Origin: Vulcanimicrobiota bacterium
Lineage (GTDB): Bacteria; Vulcanimicrobiota; Vulcanimicrobiia; Vulcanimicrobiales; Vulcanimicrobiaceae
Direction: 5' to 3'
Assembly: GCA_963777315.1 (NCBI GenBank)
Contig: CAVZQC010000002.1
Location: 352,001-416,000 of the forward strand
Length of the DNA stretch: 64,000 bases
Shown: piece by piece, positions 32,930 through 43,018 of the stretch
Layout of the letters: the number at the start of each line of letters is the position of its first letter
How positions within the stretch are numbered: the first letter of the stretch is position 1
Position numbers and translations under genes: made by a program
The notes under the pieces: model-generated
Told to the model about the DNA's origin: nothing
Database searches by the model: none
What the model saw: only the letters and a program-made list of their open reading frames with translations

Positions 32930-33697
32930 ATGTTTTCTTTCCGCACGAGCTGCCTGTTGTCGTTCGCCGCATTACTCGGCACGATGTTTGCGTCGCCCAT
33001 ACCCGCGTCCGCGGGCGCCTTTAACGTCAAACCGATTCGAGTGTTCTTGAGCAAGGACACCGGGAGCACGATTCTGACGATCGAAAATCAGGCGCCCAGC
33101 GTCCTGCGCCTGCAAGTGCGCGCCTTCGCCTGGACGAACGATAGGAACGGCCAGCCGATCCTTACGCCCAGCGACGATCTCATCGTATTCCCCACGCTCG
33201 TCGACGTAATGCCTATGGAACGGCGCAGCATTCGCATCGGCTTTAGCGGCAGCGCGGCGGCTAAGGAGTTGACCTACCGTGTTGCATTGGACGAAATGCC
33301 GTCGCTCGAGAGTCAGCTGAGCCGCAGCAGACAGCCCGGCCTAGAAGTTCGCACGCGAATCACCGTGCCGGTGTTTTTTACGCCCTTGATAACCACGCAG
33401 AAGGCTGAGATCGGCGACGTATCGGTGCGGCACGGCGTCGCGGACGTGAGCTTTACGAATGTCGGCAACGTGCATGCCACGGTGGCCGCCGCAGAAATAG
33501 TCGGGCGCGACGCGAGCGGTGCAAAGATCGTCGACAAACGGATTAACGGTTGGTACGTGCTCGCGGGGCAAAGTTGGCAGCTTCAGGCAAATCTCGGACG
33601 CTCGTGCAGCCGCGTGAAGTCGATTTCCGTGAACGTGCAGAGCGACATCGGCCGCTTCGAACGAACGACCGGCGTCGCGGCATTCGGCTGTAAGTAA
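32930..33697 (+). CDS. Periplasmic pilus chaperone (PapD/CsuC-like)
   Basis: FNVKPIRVFL, LQVRAFAW, DLIVFPT, ELTYRVALDEMP, RITVPVFF, N.GNVH, WYVLAG. Confidence 0.9.
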   Translation: MFSFRTSCLLSFAALLGTMFASPIPASAGAFNVKPIRVFLSKDTGSTILTIENQAPSVLRLQVRAFAWTNDRNGQPILTPSDDLIVFPTLVDVMPMERRSIRIGFSGSAAAKELTYRVALDEMPSLESQLSRSRQPGLEVRTRITVPVFFTPLITTQKAEIGDVSVRHGVADVSFTNVGNVHATVAAAEIVGRDASGAKIVDKRINGWYVLAGQSWQLQANLGRSCSRVKSISVNVQSDIGRFERTTGVAAFGCK

Positions 33698-33702
33698 CCG
33701 AG

Positions 33703-35991
33703 ATGCGCCGGCAGCTATGCGCGATGCTGTGCGCAATTCTTCTATTGGTCTCGGCGGGCACCGCCGTTGCCGACGAGCAGCGCGCCATGCTTACGCTTCG
33801 CGTCAATATGCTTGCCAAGCAAGACGTCACCGTCACGCTTCGCGACGGCGACATTCTGGTGCGCCGCTCGGATCTCCAAGACGCAGGCCTGCGAGGATTC
33901 GCATTCGACGACACGGGAAAACCGTCCGATCTCATCCCGCTCTCGAGCCTGCAGCCTGCACTGAAGTATCACGTCGACGACCGCACCTTGGTGCTGGATA
34001 TAACGGTTACCCCCGAGCACTTGGAAACGACGTTGGTGGATTACCGGTCCCGCGAGGACATTGCGCTCTCCAAGCCGGTCAAAAGCGCATTCTTGAACTA
34101 CTCCGTATCAACGTCGAACCAAACCGGCGCCGCGTTCTCCGGCGAATTCGGAACGCATCTGGGCGCCGGCATGTTCTCGAGCACGGTGAGCGTCGCTGCC
34201 AATCAGCAGTATCGCAGCAACATTACTCGGTGGATTCTGGATTCTCCGCAATCGGATCGGCGCTTGACGATAGGAGACGTAGTGACGACGACCGGTGATT
34301 TGGGCGGCACCGTCGCCATCGCCGGCTTTGGGCTGCAACGCTACTTCGGGCTCAATCCCGACACCGTCAGGACGGTGCTGCCGCAGATCACCGGAAGCGC
34401 TTTGACGCCCTCAACCGCCGACGTCTACGTCAACGGTATATTGTACCGGCACGAGACTCTTCCGCCCGGTCAATTCAACTTCCAGAATCTTCCGATTTCC
34501 GAAGGCCCGAATACCACGACGATCGTCGTCACCGATGCCTTCGGCCGCCGGCAGACGTACTCGAACACGTTTTACGGCGCCGATACGCTGCTGGCAAAGG
34601 GTTTGAGCGACTTCAGCTACGGAGTCGGCGTGCTGCACTCTCAATTTGGCGAGCAGACCGGTCACGGTGCCGCAATTGCGGGCCGGTACGCGCAGGGATT
34701 CACGGACGACGTGACGGGAGGGGGACGGCTGGAGATCTCCGGATCGATCGTCAGCGGTGGACCAGCATTCACGTTTCGCTTGCCGCAGGGCGTTTTCGGA
34801 GTAGAAGCAGCGTTGAGCCGTGCCGCATCGGGAAGCGGGGACGCGGCACTGGTTTCATACCAGCACAGCGGCGCACGGATGACGGGTGGATTGTCGCTGA
34901 CGATTGAGTCGGCGCACTACTCGTCATTAGCGCTTGCGGCATTTCAAGACCGGCCCGTGCTCAATGGAACGTTCACGCTGGCCGAACAGCTCGACAGCCG
35001 CCATGCCGTGAGCGTTTCGTACCTGCGCCAGCAAGATCGCGACAACGGCGCTCAAAGCGGCTGGCAAGTGTCGCAAACGGCTTTACTCTCCGATTCGACG
35101 CAACTGCAAGTTTCCGAAAATTTGACGGGCGGCGCCGCGGGCAGGCAGTTCGGAATCGTAACGAGCTTGAACTTCATTCCCCGGCGAGGATACAACGCCA
35201 GCCTGACGGCGTCGCAGGCGGGGGGCCATACTCAGGCCCAAGTGCAGATCGGCCGCGCGCTGTCATCGGAAACGCCGGCATTCGGTTATACGGTAAGTGC
35301 GACGACTTCCCAAGCAAGCGCCTCGGGTTTCGCATCGGCCGATTACCGCGGGCAGTACGGCGACTACATTACGGACATCGGCGTGGGAGCGGGACAGGCC
35401 GCGTTCGACCTCACCGTTGCCGGCGGTCTGGTTTTTATCGGCGGCAAACTGTTCCCCACGCAGTCGATCAATGACAGTTACGCGCTGGTCGACACCGGCG
35501 GCCTGGCCCACGTGCGTATTTTGGCCAACAACGTCGTTGTCGGGCGCACCGACAAGCACGGGTACCTGCTGGTTCCGCAACTGGGGTCGTATTACAATAA
35601 CAACATAACGATTGCAAGCGCCGATACGCCGCTGAACTACAGCATCGACTCCGAAACGCAGCGCCTTGCCCCAATGTACCGCTCGGGCGACGTCGTGCAG
35701 TTTGGCGTCAACCGCGTACATCCGGTCACCGGCAGCGTTACGGTACGAATGGGCCGCACACTCGTGGTGCCGGCGTACGGCATACTGGAAGTAGAGGCCG
35801 GAGCCGGTCCGGTTACCTCGGACATCGGCGAAAACGGCGAATTTTATTTCGACAAGCTCGCCGGCGGCATCCATCACGCCCATATTACCTTCAAAGGCGG
35901 CGAATGCCGCTTCGATCTCATGGTTCCCGGCAGCAAGTCGATGTTCATAAAGCTCGGCGCCCTCGTATGCGCCAATGGAGTACGGTCATGA
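33703..35991 (+). CDS. Outer-membrane usher (CsuD-like)
   Basis: SAFLNY, LTIGDV, P.ITGSALTPSTADVYVNG, PGQF, VTDAFGR, LLAKGLSDFSY, GRTDKHGYLLVPQL, GENGEFYFD. Confidence 0.92.
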   Translation: MRRQLCAMLCAILLLVSAGTAVADEQRAMLTLRVNMLAKQDVTVTLRDGDILVRRSDLQDAGLRGFAFDDTGKPSDLIPLSSLQPALKYHVDDRTLVLDITVTPEHLETTLVDYRSREDIALSKPVKSAFLNYSVSTSNQTGAAFSGEFGTHLGAGMFSSTVSVAANQQYRSNITRWILDSPQSDRRLTIGDVVTTTGDLGGTVAIAGFGLQRYFGLNPDTVRTVLPQITGSALTPSTADVYVNGILYRHETLPPGQFNFQNLPISEGPNTTTIVVTDAFGRRQTYSNTFYGADTLLAKGLSDFSYGVGVLHSQFGEQTGHGAAIAGRYAQGFTDDVTGGGRLEISGSIVSGGPAFTFRLPQGVFGVEAALSRAASGSGDAALVSYQHSGARMTGGLSLTIESAHYSSLALAAFQDRPVLNGTFTLAEQLDSRHAVSVSYLRQQDRDNGAQSGWQVSQTALLSDSTQLQVSENLTGGAAGRQFGIVTSLNFIPRRGYNASLTASQAGGHTQAQVQIGRALSSETPAFGYTVSATTSQASASGFASADYRGQYGDYITDIGVGAGQAAFDLTVAGGLVFIGGKLFPTQSINDSYALVDTGGLAHVRILANNVVVGRTDKHGYLLVPQLGSYYNNNITIASADTPLNYSIDSETQRLAPMYRSGDVVQFGVNRVHPVTGSVTVRMGRTLVVPAYGILEVEAGAGPVTSDIGENGEFYFDKLAGGIHHAHITFKGGECRFDLMVPGSKSMFIKLGALVCANGVRS

Positions 35992-36512
35992 CACGGATCT
36001 TTTGGCATGGGCTCTTCATCACGGTGGCGGCGATCGCCGCGGTAATCTGCGCGCCTGCCGGCGCGCGTGCCGCAGGCTGCACGGTGAACTCGCCCATTTC
36101 CGACCTGGTCGCCGGCTACAACCCTTTTGCCGGAGCGACGGCGACGCTGACCATCGCATCCGGGACGGTCAGCGTGACGTGCTCGCACGAAAATAACGTG
36201 GTCGTAAAGGTCTTCGTTTCAGGCGCGTCAGCAGGATATACCACGCCGTTCCTTACTTACGGCCCGAACGGCTTTGCCTTGCAGTACACGATGTGCGTAC
36301 CCGGGACTTCGCCTTGCAATTCGGGGACGAACGTTTGGAACACGACGACGGGGTTTTACTCGTATACGACACCGGCCAACAACGGCAACAATACGCAGCT
36401 CGTGCCCTCATTTCAAATCTCTCTGGCCCAGCAGGACGCCCCATACGGCACGACGTCGCAATACACCGGAAACCTGTTCTTTACTACGACGTGCGGCGGC
36501 GTCGCGTGCTAG
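35988..36512 (+). CDS. Csu-type minor/tip pilus subunit
   Basis: ATGA-coupled to the usher; signal peptide, AAGCTV...YNPF...SVTC, LQY, QYTGNLFFT. Confidence 0.7.
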   Translation: MTRIFWHGLFITVAAIAAVICAPAGARAAGCTVNSPISDLVAGYNPFAGATATLTIASGTVSVTCSHENNVVVKVFVSGASAGYTTPFLTYGPNGFALQYTMCVPGTSPCNSGTNVWNTTTGFYSYTTPANNGNNTQLVPSFQISLAQQDAPYGTTSQYTGNLFFTTTCGGVAC

Positions 36513-37682
36513 ATCGTCGACGATTGTCTGCAAGAAAGCTCCGGCCGGTCCGGAAGTGCGCATCGCAACGACTTGCGGAATTCCCGCGATGCGCGCGGGC
36601 GCGGCAAGCGCCGAACGAACCGCGGCGATCGACCACGCTCGCAGCCGCCCTTTAAAAAAAGGCCGCTCTGCCGCCACAGAGAACGCCATGCCGGCGCCCA
36701 GCGCGCCTGCGCCGGCGAGCGCCAGCGCCGCATACGGCGGAAGCTGCGCGCTCAGCGCGCGATTGAGCACTCCTACAACCGGCTCGTGCACCAGATAAAT
36801 GCCGTACGAAAAGACGCCGATCGACGCAAGACAACGAGCTGAAAGCAGCTTCGCAAGGAAAGGTACCGAACCAGCGGATACCACGAACGCAAAAGCGGCC
36901 AGCTGCCATAAGGGCGAAAGCGAATATCCCCACGCCGGCCACGGATTGCTCAGCAGCGCCAGAGCGAGGAGCGTAACGAACGCAGCCGGCGCAAATCGCG
37001 CGCGGCTATCCCGCGTAACGTCCACGTGTGCGGCGACTATTCCCAACATGAACGCCGGCAGGGTTGCAAAGTCGACGCCGCCGGCGCGCGTGAGAAACGC
37101 GAGCATCGGCGCGCCGATTGCGATGAAGGCGAAAGCTGGGGCGATTTTATCCACACGTAGAGCAAGACCGGGAAGGCGAAATACCAGCGAAATTCTATTG
37201 CCAGCGTCCAAAACGAGGCGTTCAGCAACGGCACGCGATCGAAAAACAACGCCTGCGACACGATCTCCCCGAACGATACGCCGTGCTGCGCAAGCGCGGG
37301 GGGCGGCGGAAAGTGCAAAGCGTAAAGCGCTTGGAGCCCTGCCCAGATCAGCGCAATGGAGGCAACGTACGGAGGCAGTATGCGAATCAACCGTCGCGCG
37401 GCGTAAGCTCAAAACGTCAAAGTCGGCGTTGCCGGACGTGTGGATCCGTTTGAGCGTGGGATACGCCAGGCAAAATCCGGATAGTACAAAGAAGAGGTCG
37501 ACCCCGTGAGACCCTTGCCGTAAGAGCATGGTGACGATCGTATGAGGAGCATTCGCCACACCGCGATTCGACAACGCGGCGTGAAAGGCGATGACGGACA
37601 GGACCGCGATCGCTCGCAGGCCGTCAATGTGGGCCAGGCGTTGGCGGGGCAATCTATGCAGCCGAGCCGATTCGTTCTGCAT
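36408..37682 (-). CDS. Acyltransferase family 3 (OafA-like) membrane protein with two compensating frameshifts (~37405, ~37140)
   Basis: HIDGLRAIAVLSV, GVDLFFVLSGF, then R.IRILPPY and FWTLAIEFRWY in another frame, then IGVFSYGIYLVHEP and AERPF. 3' end uncertain (may stop at 36509). Confidence 0.8.
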   Translation of the reverse strand: MQNESARLHRLPRQRLAHIDGLRAIAVLSVIAFHAALSNRGVANAPHTIVTMLLRQGSHGVDLFFVLSGFCLAYPTLKRIHTSGNADFDVLSLRRATVDSHTASVRCLHCADLGRAPSALRFALSAAPRACAARRIVRGDRVAGVVFRSRAVAERLVLDAGNRISLVFRLPGLALRVDKIAPAFAFIAIGAPMLAFLTRAGGVDFATLPAFMLGIVAAHVDVTRDSRARFAPAAFVTLLALALLSNPWPAWGYSLSPLWQLAAFAFVVSAGSVPFLAKLLSARCLASIGVFSYGIYLVHEPVVGVLNRALSAQLPPYAALALAGAGALGAGMAFSVAAERPFFKGRLRAWSIAAVRSALAAPARIAGIPQVVAMRTSGPAGAFLQTIVDDLARDAAARRSKEQVSGVLRRRAVWGVLLGQRDLK

Positions 37683-39099
37683 GAGCCTCACGAACCGCTC
37701 CCGCAAAGCGCCGTCTGCGCAGTACGCCGCTTTGTACCGTTGCCAGTGAAATGACGGCCAGTAATCCGATCCACGTAGGCAGCCGGGCGAGCAGCCACGC
37801 CGGCCGCAAGGTCGAGGAATCCAGGGCAAAAGGCGCCCATTCATGTTGCGAAAGGCCGACCGCTATCGGCGTGGTGGCGAATGCACGCGCGTGGTGCAGA
37901 AACGGAACGCCGGGCGCTGCCAGCAAGCCGATCATTGCGAATGCCGCACACGCGGCTGCCGTTGCGATCGCGCGCGCGTTGCCCTTGTAAACGTACGCCG
38001 CAAAAACGGCGACCGGGAAAACCGGTGCGGCTGCCGCGGCATATGGAACGAACGACACCCACGGTACGGCGACCAACAACGGGACGCCGGCTGCGACGAC
38101 GCGCCGCGCGTTTGAAGCCAGCAGGAGCGCTGCGGGAATCGCCACTGCGATGTCGTTGATGTGCACGTACGAGCCGCCGAAAACCGCGAACGCCGGCGGT
38201 ACGAATACCGTTAGAGCGCTCATTCGTTTCCGCCGCGCCGCCAAGCCGCCCACTACGACTCCCAAAACCAGCATGAGGCCGTAGAACGCGGCGCCGGCAC
38301 GAACGGCTGCCGCGTCGCCCACGCCTGCATTCACCAGCAAGGTGGTCAGGCTGTACTGCGCGTCTCCTCCGGCTTCGGCCAATGCTTGAGCCGGCAATAC
38401 GTGCATGACGTACTCGATGTTTGCCATTCGGCCTACGGCTGCAATCGACAATGCGCCCAGTGCGAGCGCTGCCGTGCCCAACACCCATCGCGTGCGCGGC
38501 ACCCACAAGAAAAGCGCCAAGCACACGGGCAGGCCGAGATGCGGTTCGATCGTGCTTATGGAAGCAGCTATTGCGGCGGTGCGCCATTGGCCGCGGTATG
38601 CAAACCAGCCGGCAAGGCAGATCGCCCCCAGTGCAACCGGAACGAGCTGCCCGAACGGAAGGGAGCCGCCGCCGATCGCAAAAGAAAAAAGCACCGCCAT
38701 AACGCCGGGAGGAACGGCGGTAATGCGCGCCGCGGTAACGACGCAAACGGCCGATGCGAACACGATCAGTAACGCAAAAAGCGCCGCCGCCGCGCCGAAA
38801 GGCAACCGTGCAAACGGTACGAACAGCGCTAAAGCGTATCCCGGCAGCGGCGCTGGAATAACCATCGCGGGATACTTGCGGAAAGCCGGTTTCCCGGAAA
38901 GATCTTCGCAGTCCCGTAACGGCTCGGTGCGATACGGATCGGCGCCTTGCGCAATGGCCTTGCCTGCGCAGTAAAACGCGCGAAAATCCGCCATGACGTA
39001 TCCGGTGTGCCGGATCTTGAGTGTAGCGAACATCGCCGGCAGAATTGCTAGGCATATCAAGACCGCAGTGACGGCGGTTTTGCGCACGCCGGCAGTCAA
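37654..39099 (-). CDS. GT87/DUF2029-like membrane glycosyltransferase (GT-C fold)
   Basis: DFRAFYCAG...GADPY, P.PGYALALFVPF..LPF, GQ motif, EPH, many TM helices. Confidence 0.7.
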   Translation of the reverse strand: MTAGVRKTAVTAVLICLAILPAMFATLKIRHTGYVMADFRAFYCAGKAIAQGADPYRTEPLRDCEDLSGKPAFRKYPAMVIPAPLPGYALALFVPFARLPFGAAAALFALLIVFASAVCVVTAARITAVPPGVMAVLFSFAIGGGSLPFGQLVPVALGAICLAGWFAYRGQWRTAAIAASISTIEPHLGLPVCLALFLWVPRTRWVLGTAALALGALSIAAVGRMANIEYVMHVLPAQALAEAGGDAQYSLTTLLVNAGVGDAAAVRAGAAFYGLMLVLGVVVGGLAARRKRMSALTVFVPPAFAVFGGSYVHINDIAVAIPAALLLASNARRVVAAGVPLLVAVPWVSFVPYAAAAAPVFPVAVFAAYVYKGNARAIATAAACAAFAMIGLLAAPGVPFLHHARAFATTPIAVGLSQHEWAPFALDSSTLRPAWLLARLPTWIGLLAVISLATVQSGVLRRRRFAGAVREAHAERIGSAA

Positions 39100-40494
39100 G
39101 GAGTTACGACGATCGGGTGGACGATGCTCTGCTCGGAATTGCCGCGGGTTACCGTTGCCACGATCATGTACTTCGTGGCCACCGAAACGGCCGGCAGGCG
39201 CAACGCAAGGGGCGCCGTCGGAAGAGCCGGGTCGCCCTCGGCTGCCAAAACTCCGGATTCGTCGTTGAGCTCGATGTGGACGTCTCCGCGAGCGTTGTCT
39301 ACCCGAACGACGATCGTCTCGCCCGCGCGTCCGACATTGCTGGACAGATGCAGCACCGGCGTACCGGCGGAAGGCGACGGCGAAGTCGCACCCGTCGACG
39401 CGCTATCGCCGGCAATTGCATCCGAAGGCAGCACCGCTATGCCGACGCTGTCCTGCGCTTGCGCTCCGCCGCCGACCGCGTGCAGCACGACGCGCATATT
39501 GCGTCCGCCCGCAGCCTGCGGCACGATCAGGGAGCTGCTGCCCGCGGGCGAAATTGCAGCACTCGCCCACGTTCTGCCGCTTCCGTCAATCAGCCATAAT
39601 TGGCCGCCGCTCGCGCGAGTCACATCAGCTCACCCGAAGAACGCTCCCCGCTTTGACCGTTGCGGTATCCACCGAGAGTTCGTCGATCAGCGCGCTCGGA
39701 TCGGATTTGTGTGCAATGGCGCGTGGGATAGGCGGCACGGTCGCCGCTGCGGCGACGGTTGCGGTGCGCTCGACGGTAAGAAACGCGCCGTGCAGTCGCA
39801 GGTGCAGTGTATACGGTGCGCCGGCGCCGCTTCGCGGAACGGTGAAACGCAGGACGCCGGATTTTGAACCAGCCAATCCGGCAGCGAGTTGCGCGCCGTC
39901 TTTCGTGAGCAGTTCGTAGTCTATCGTCCCCAACCCCGAGGCGACGTACGGAACGCGCAGCAGGCCGCCTGAAAAAGCCTTTGCGGGCGCGGAGAGCGCT
40001 TCGATGCGCGGAACCGCCAGAGCGGCCATTCCGAGCAGCAGGATCGCCGCGACCGCAGCTGCTGCGATTTGCAGCCGTTGCGTGTGCGGACGAGACGGCG
40101 CCGGCGCCTCAATCGTAAATTGCGATTCGAGCGACGCTACTTCAAGGACCACACGCTCGAAACGGCCCACCTGGTTCAGGCGAACCGGCACGAGCTCGTC
40201 TTTGTGGCAAAACGGCGCGACGATAAAATCGCGCGGATATGCGGGAATGAATTCGTTGGATGCGGTCACACACCAGAGCCGCGTGGACACTTTGCCGGCC
40301 GTATCGTTGAGCAGCCGGATTGCGTACGTGGCCGTGCCGTTCTTGGGATCGCAGGCTACGAGCGCCAAGAAAGCGGCGATCGTGCCGTCCGCGACTGCAA
40401 TCCGGGACTGGAATCCGAACGGAAACCCGTGCGCGGACTGCGTTGAGATCTGTGCCGGAAAGCCGACTGCGGGCAGCGCGAGAGACGAATTCAT
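39096..40494 (-). CDS. Hypothetical single-pass membrane protein with beta-rich periplasmic region (split by apparent 1-nt insertion near 39626)
   Basis: Removing one base from AGCTGATGTG gives ...VLRVSYVTRASGG, joining track ORFs 39625..40896 (from ATG 40494) and 39096..39623. Confidence 0.6.
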
Positions 40495-40502
40495 CTTACC
40501 GA

Positions 40503-41126
40503 TCAAGGACAGCCGGTGGATGACCAGCCCCACCCAAACGGAAGCGTGACGGTTTCTGTGGCGGTTAGCGCATCGTGCACCGCATCCCGAGTTTTTGCAA
40601 TGCACGTGAGGATTGAGCCCGGCCACGCCGGATGAACCCAGGGCTCGGATGCGGTTATCGCGGTCGGCCCGGAAAACAGCGGCTGCAAAAATGTCGGAAC
40701 GCCGGCATATGCCGACATCTGCACGTTTCCCTGAGTAATATAACGCGACATGAGGAACGACGCGCCGCCCAAGTTTATCGTCTGCAGCGTGCAACTCGAC
40801 GATGGCGCGGGCGCCGACGGCTGCCAATAGGGCGCAGTAGTGGGTCCGGGGAACGGCGAACTGTTGTACAACGGCCCAATCGGCGGCGCTTGGCACACAC
40901 CACTGCCCGAGTTTGCCGCGACGTAAATGTCGGCCGCGCTATACGCCGGCGCCGAGCTGTCGTTGAACGCCACCAGTGCTCCGTACCGGATGGCGATTTG
41001 CATCCTTTGCGAGATGACGCCCAGCTGGCTGAAGTAAATAACCCCGAACAGCACCAGCAGGAGTATGGGCACGAAGAATGCCGTCTCGACCAGCGCCTGT
41101 CCGCGAGAGAAATGTCCGGCGCGCAT
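40503..41126 (-). CDS. TadE-like pseudopilin
   Basis: RGQALVETAFFVPILLLVLFGVIYF prepilin-like motif. Confidence 0.8.
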   Translation of the reverse strand: MRAGHFSRGQALVETAFFVPILLLVLFGVIYFSQLGVISQRMQIAIRYGALVAFNDSSAPAYSAADIYVAANSGSGVCQAPPIGPLYNSSPFPGPTTAPYWQPSAPAPSSSCTLQTINLGGASFLMSRYITQGNVQMSAYAGVPTFLQPLFSGPTAITASEPWVHPAWPGSILTCIAKTRDAVHDALTATETVTLPFGWGWSSTGCP

Positions 41127-41128
41127 GG

Positions 41129-42028
41129 CTAGCACGTCACGCTCGCCGCGGATTTGTACGGCTGAATCGACGCCCCCGAATACCAATTCATGTCAACGAG
41201 CAAATTGCTGAAGTTCACCGTGAAATACGTCGAATTTCCGGTGGAGGCGGGGTCTTCGCTGTTCTGGTAGGTCGTGCCGGAAGCCGGCGCAGGGTTGAAA
41301 TATTCGCTGAAGCCCGGCGGCGGGCTGGGAGCGCCCGCCGGTGAAGCCGGCGGCGTACCGGACGCGATCAGAGGCACTGCGACGGCAGCCGCCTGCGCCA
41401 AGGCCAGAAAGGACGCCCCGGCGCTCAAGCCCATCAACTGCGGTGCAAAGTACGGGACCTTGCGGCAGGCCACGACGTCGATTTGGCGGCGGCCCTGCTT
41501 TTTGTTTTTGCCCGTATACTGCGAACCGTCCAAATATGTGTACGTGAACGCGCTGTCGTGTGCCGATCCGTTGCTCAAGGCTTTCTTTTCGTCGGCCTGC
41601 TGGCCGCCCTCGGTGTAGTTGTCCGCTTCCTGCATGGTGGTATAGAGATTTTGGTATGCGCCCAGCGCCGAGTTGTACTCGTTCAGCAGGCTGGTGTATT
41701 GCGTTTGGCACTGAGAGGCCGAGTGCGAAACCGGCGGCAACTGACAGAAGTTGATGTTGTTCAATATCGCCTGCGTGAGATAGCGCAGCCGGTATTCGTC
41801 TACTGCCGAGGAGTACAGTAAAGTCGTCTCCTGGTTGAGCACGTTCGCAGTCGGCGAGAGCGCGGCTTGGGCGGCCGAATCGGCAGCATTTTGGGCGTGG
41901 ATTTGCCAGAGGATCGTGTTGGCGTAGCTGGCGACGAAGAAAACGAGCGCCAGGACGAGCGCAACGCTGATGGCCCAAAACGGAATGGTCTGGCCGCGCT
42001 CGGACTCGCGAAATTTCAGCACGCGCAT
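41129..42028 (-). CDS. TadG-like Tad pilus protein
   Basis: ERGQTIPFW + TM + AQNAADSAAQAA (Tad N-terminal motif). Confidence 0.8.
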   Translation of the reverse strand: MRVLKFRESERGQTIPFWAISVALVLALVFFVASYANTILWQIHAQNAADSAAQAALSPTANVLNQETTLLYSSAVDEYRLRYLTQAILNNINFCQLPPVSHSASQCQTQYTSLLNEYNSALGAYQNLYTTMQEADNYTEGGQQADEKKALSNGSAHDSAFTYTYLDGSQYTGKNKKQGRRQIDVVACRKVPYFAPQLMGLSAGASFLALAQAAAVAVPLIASGTPPASPAGAPSPPPGFSEYFNPAPASGTTYQNSEDPASTGNSTYFTVNFSNLLVDMNWYSGASIQPYKSAASVTC

Positions 42029-42030
42029 CG

Positions 42031-42830
42031 CTATCCGCAGGAGTTTTTCTTCTTGGCAAAACCGCTCATCGACGATTGCGCTCCCCAGAGTGAACCTTGG
42101 GCGTCGAATGCGTATAAATTTGCGACGACTGAACTTTTGCTGGTCGCATCGTACGTCCCGGCGGCAAACGAAGTCGGGCGCGTCGATGGCCATGCCGGCG
42201 TCGAAACGCTCACGCCTGAATTGCTCGAGCCGCCGGGAAACAGCGCCTCGCGGCAGTTCCACTCCGCGAATTGCCCACCGCAACTGCCATTGCAGTTGGA
42301 GTGGGCACGTCGTACTGCGCGATATACAGCGGGTGGTTCGTCACACAAGTCGCTACGGTGGTGCCGCAATAGTTTGCAAGGCTCGCCTGCACACCGAATA
42401 GCGAGGTGGTTGCGGGCGCAACGCTCCCGGCGTTGACGATCGGCTCGACGTCCATGCCGAGCACATTGGGAGCCGGAGGCGCCGAATTGGTCAAACCCAG
42501 CCCATTGGGAGACAGCGCAATTCCGGTCGAATTTTTGGCGACGACGACCTGCAGCGTGCTGGATGAGGCCGGGTAGGTCAACGTCATGTCGCCGCTCTTC
42601 ACGTTGGGAAACGGCGCGGCTATCACGCCTTGAGCGTACGTCTGATCGCTCGACGCACTGCCGGTCGAATTGATGCCCGCCGCGTGAGCTGCGACGAACG
42701 CGGCGCCTTCGGCAGTAGACTGCGTGTACCCCAATAGCGTCAACTGCGCAACGGCAAACAGCAGAGCCAGCGAAACGGCTATTGTAATAAGAGTCTCGGG
42801 CAGTGCCGCGCCGGCACTCGAGCGCCTCAT
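42031..42830 (-). CDS. TadE/F-like pseudopilin (apparent frameshift near 42303)
   Basis: SAGAALPETLITIA...AAFVAAHAA; the C-terminus continues in the 42031..42369 frame, which ends 2 bp before tadG. Confidence 0.7.
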
Positions 42831-43018
42831 ACGTTCTGCCCGATGGCCGTCAGATTGCTGCCGGTCGTCGTAAGCACGGACCCGGCCGAAGTCTCTATCG
42901 CAACGAATATGGCGATGAGGGGCAAAACCAGAGCGGCGGTTACGATCGCGTATTCGGCCATCGATGCGCCCGATTCGTCGCAAAACAGTGCGGTGACGAT
43001 GCGCGCGCGGCGCATCAT
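42827..43018 (-). CDS. Flp-family pilin (divergent third copy)
   Basis: DESGASMAEYAIV Flp motif. Confidence 0.8.
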   Translation of the reverse strand: MMRRARIVTALFCDESGASMAEYAIVTAALVLPLIAIFVAIETSAGSVLTTTGSNLTAIGQNV

